This document shows positions 61,514 to 64,000 of a DNA stretch of 64,000 nt, one piece after another. Origin of the DNA: a virus (Duplodnaviria > Caudoviricetes); IMG/VR virus record IMGVR_UViG_3300028591_003923, positions 1-64,000 of that record, one strand, 5' to 3'. The notes beneath the pieces were generated by a model. That model did no database searches. It was not told where the DNA came from and worked only from the letters and a program-made list of their open reading frames with translations. Position 1 is the stretch's first letter. Every line of letters starts with the position of its first letter. The position numbers and the translations under genes were made by a program.

Positions 61514-61966
61514 CTATGCGATTGCTTTTAACGTATCAATTATATTATTTACATTATATGCTTTACCTTTCCATTCTGTTCTGTTTTTTTCTTCGTCATC
61601 GAATAATATTCCTTGTGGTATATTTACAATACTTGACTTTGGTGTTCCATATGATACTATATGTATTTCGTCAAATGTTACGCTTTTAAGATGTTTATTT
61701 AGCCATTTAAGTTTTGCGTTTGTTACTGCTTTATCATATTCAATGTTTGAGCCTTTTGATAGCCAGCTGACTATGCCCAGCTTGTAGCCTTTACGTTGTA
61801 GCTGATTAAGCAGGCGCGCCAGGTGCGACAGGTGCAAAAGTGCAGGAGCCAGCTCGTATGGTGTAGGGTCATAGCTCCGTAACATATCAAGCCACCCTTT
61901 GACACCGTAAAGGTCAGCAATAGTGCCGTCCATATCAAAATATATTGCTTTTCCAGTTTCTTCCAT
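61514..61966 (-). CDS. HAD-superfamily phosphatase (5'(3')-deoxyribonucleotidase-like)
   Basis: FDMDGT, SW, K, LFDD. Confidence 0.8.
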   Translation of the reverse strand: MEETGKAIYFDMDGTIADLYGVKGWLDMLRSYDPTPYELAPALLHLSHLARLLNQLQRKGYKLGIVSWLSKGSNIEYDKAVTNAKLKWLNKHLKSVTFDEIHIVSYGTPKSSIVNIPQGILFDDEEKNRTEWKGKAYNVNNIIDTLKAIA

Positions 61967-62082
61967 TTGGTTTTCTCTCCTTTCCTTCACTGTACCTATA
62001 TTATAGCACTTCATCACGTAGAAGTAAAACGTCTAATATTAACATTAAGGCAAGTTTTTGACGTCTAAGATTTTAATCAAAT

Positions 62083-62275
62083 ACTTTAGTACTTTAAAAC
62101 TTTAACGCATTAAAGTATTAACACTTTAATGCGTTAAAGCACTAAAGTATTTTTGACGTCTAAGATTAGACGTCTGACGTCTAAGGTTTAATGCTTTAAC
62201 GCATTAAAGTATTAAAATAAGTTTGACGTCTAAGATTTTAACGCTTTAAAACTTTAGTGCATTAAAGTGCCAAAG
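62083..62275. repeat. 8-bp-period degenerate tandem repeat (e.g. actttaaa, gcattaaa)
   Basis: actttagt|actttaaa|actttaac|gcattaaa|gtattaac|actttaat|gcgttaaa|gcactaaa; three tracts separated by GACGTCTAA boxes. Confidence 0.8.
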
Positions 62276-62306
62276 CAAAAAAAAGAACGGACGTTTGTCC
62301 GCTCTT

Positions 62307-62585
62307 TTACCACTCCATTATTGTTTTTAACTGAGACATTATGTCACGTGCTGTATGTTGTTTGTAGGCGTTATGTGCAAGGGTATTTATATATATACCA
62401 TCGTGTTTGTTATCAGCGTGTACGCTCAGCACCTTATTATTATAGTGTACGTGTATAGCGCTGTATTTATAGCGGTCTACCCACTCACAAGTAACGTGTA
62501 CTAAGTTATACGCTCTGATGTCACATAGCATTACATAAAGCTCGTTAAGCTCGTGCTCATTATCTAATTTATTATATTTAATCAT
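62307..62585 (-). CDS. Hypothetical protein
   Basis: MIKYNKLD..; gaggag RBS. Confidence 0.6.
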   Translation of the reverse strand: MIKYNKLDNEHELNELYVMLCDIRAYNLVHVTCEWVDRYKYSAIHVHYNNKVLSVHADNKHDGIYINTLAHNAYKQHTARDIMSQLKTIMEW

Positions 62586-62649
62586 TTTATACTCTCCTCT
62601 CTTCTCTTCAAGCGGAGCGGAGCACGTGCTCCGCTCCATTGTATTATCA

Positions 62650-63087
62650 TTAGTGGCAAGCTTTGAACTGTTCAAGCGTTTCAAACTGTTCAAGCAAGCT
62701 TGCGAACAGTGTGCTTTTGCGTTTGCTGTTCTTGTATGACTGTATGGCTCTTACAGTCGCGCCGTTTGTAGCTCGTTTCATTCTAATTAAGCCACAAGTA
62801 TCAAGCACGTTGATAAACTGTTCTACTGTGAGCACGTGCGCACGTTCAGGCGCATTGTAGTCGGTTTTATTATCCATTGTATAGATAATATAATCATTTG
62901 AATTGATATTGTTGTTTATTTCACCGCAATTTGACTTAATCTCAATTGTTAAACCGTGATATTTTACGTCATGCTTACCTTTTGCGCTAACTCTGTTGAC
63001 ATTTCCTTTGTTTCCGTTCAAATAATGCTTTACAGCCTTTTCAAATTCTTTCCCGAAAAATCCGCTATCATTCTTTTTAATTTCCAT
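62650..63087 (-). CDS. PD-(D/E)XK nuclease-like protein
   Basis: GKEFE..D.....IEIKS. Confidence 0.55.
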   Translation of the reverse strand: MEIKKNDSGFFGKEFEKAVKHYLNGNKGNVNRVSAKGKHDVKYHGLTIEIKSNCGEINNNINSNDYIIYTMDNKTDYNAPERAHVLTVEQFINVLDTCGLIRMKRATNGATVRAIQSYKNSKRKSTLFASLLEQFETLEQFKACH

Positions 63088-63558
63088 TGTTTTTACCTTT
63101 CCTTTCCTTTCCTTAACTATTGCCTTGAATAGGTTAGTTTATTCAACCGGACTTATTTATTAATTTGTCTATGTCCTTTTGACAATAACAATATATCAGA
63201 TATAAAAACACTTGTAAAGCGTTTTTTAACATTTTTCTTGTTTTGACGTCTATTTTTTTTATTTTGACGGCTAAAAAATCATAAAGGGGGTATATTCTAC
63301 TACATGTAGTGGTATACCAAAAAAGCTATACCATATATAGTGATTCAAATCTTTTTGAGAAAATTATGTATATTTATACATTTTAAAAACGTTGAAATTT
63401 CAACGTTTCTGGAATCTATTCATTTTACAGTTTCCAAAAACGTTGAAATTTCAACGTTTAGGGGCGGTACTATACAGGAAGTTTATACATTTTTGTGTAT
63501 AAATATACGCCGGCCTGCTACATTATCTCCACGAAATTAAAAATTCAATCCCCGAAAT

Positions 63559-63587
63559 TTGACTTCCCCTCAGCCGTGTGCTATAAT
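63559..63587 (+). promoter_or_regulatory. sigma-A promoter
   Basis: TTGACT-17-TATAAT with TG. Confidence 0.75.
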
Positions 63588-63610
63588 ATAACTGTAGGAG
63601 GAAATGGACT

Positions 63611-64000
63611 ATGAACAGATTAAAACTAGACTTCAGCTTAGAAACAGCTGAGGAACGCAAAAACTTTATAGACACATACATTGTCCAATTCCCCGACCTT
63701 ACTCAGACAGAAGCGGAAACCATTGCGGATTATTTGCTGTGGGGCAAGGACGCACAAGGACAGCCTATAGGTGCGGGAACGGGCCTTAAAACACGATGGA
63801 CGAAAGGCGACGACATTGAATCGCTTGACGCCGTACTTGATAATCCGGCGTATACGAATGTCCAGTTCCAGCCATTCACCGAAGCCACGCCGTTAAAGGC
63901 CGAGCGCAAGGTATTTAATCGCCAGGCCGTACGTGAGGCCGCACCGGACTACCTAAGAGACTCGTTTGAGGCTTTATGGAGGAAAATTGACGAGGATGAC
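63611..64000 (+). CDS. Conserved phage protein, 3'-truncated by the window edge (often precedes packaging genes)
   Basis: Open frame MNRLKLDFSLETAEERKNF..IADYLLWGKD to the window end; aggagg RBS. Confidence 0.7.
   Translation, partial: MNRLKLDFSLETAEERKNFIDTYIVQFPDLTQTEAETIADYLLWGKDAQGQPIGAGTGLKTRWTKGDDIESLDAVLDNPAYTNVQFQPFTEATPLKAERKVFNRQAVREAAPDYLRDSFEALWRKIDEDD

Larger units (their letters stand above)
54323..62232. repeat. Dispersed intergenic element: TTTTGACGTCTAA, 11-20 nt spacer, TTAGACGTTTAACGTCTAA; 12 core copies
   Basis: Cores at 54356, 55161, 55871, 56735, 57135, 57924, 58239, 59075, 59831, 60775, 61061, 61472; extra boxes at 62057-62232. Confidence 0.95.

Noticed and set aside
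1-64000. Stop-codon reassignment
   Set aside because: Long genes are intact in the standard code and end at TAG, TAA or TGA followed by the next RBS.

Overview
A 64-kb segment of a large, AT-rich, standard-code tailed phage of a Firmicute host (probably Clostridia/Lachnospiraceae-like; inferred from sigma-A promoters, GH25 lysin and SPP1-type holin). 1-3.4 kb: BspA-type LRR gene end, papain-like peptidase, GT2 glycosyltransferase. 3.5-25.7 kb: tail tip and fibre genes. 25.8-28.4 kb: two lysins flanking a holin. 28.4-31 kb (minus strand): DNA ligase and nucleotide kinase. 31-52 kb: many short promoter-driven genes, RNA-repair enzymes, a protein kinase and an unusually rich non-coding RNA region. 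That region holds a 1.4-kb ORF-free block with two large structured RNAs (one ROOL-like), 11 tRNAs (tRNA-Leu carries a group I intron with an HNH gene), a minimal tmRNA-like RNA lacking its mRNA domain, three aberrant tRNA-like RNAs, a family of small pseudoknots and anti-Shine-Dalgarno elements. 52.1-54.3 kb: non-coding palindromes and iterons at a transcriptional convergence point. 54.3-63.1 kb (minus strand): an array of self-contained gene cassettes (promoter, RBS, 1-3 ORFs, terminator), each separated by a conserved TTAGACGT-based palindromic element, with several diverged paralogues. The window ends in the start of a conserved phage gene. The cassette array and the ncRNA set are the most novel-looking features. 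All family assignments come from motif recognition by eye; no database search was run.
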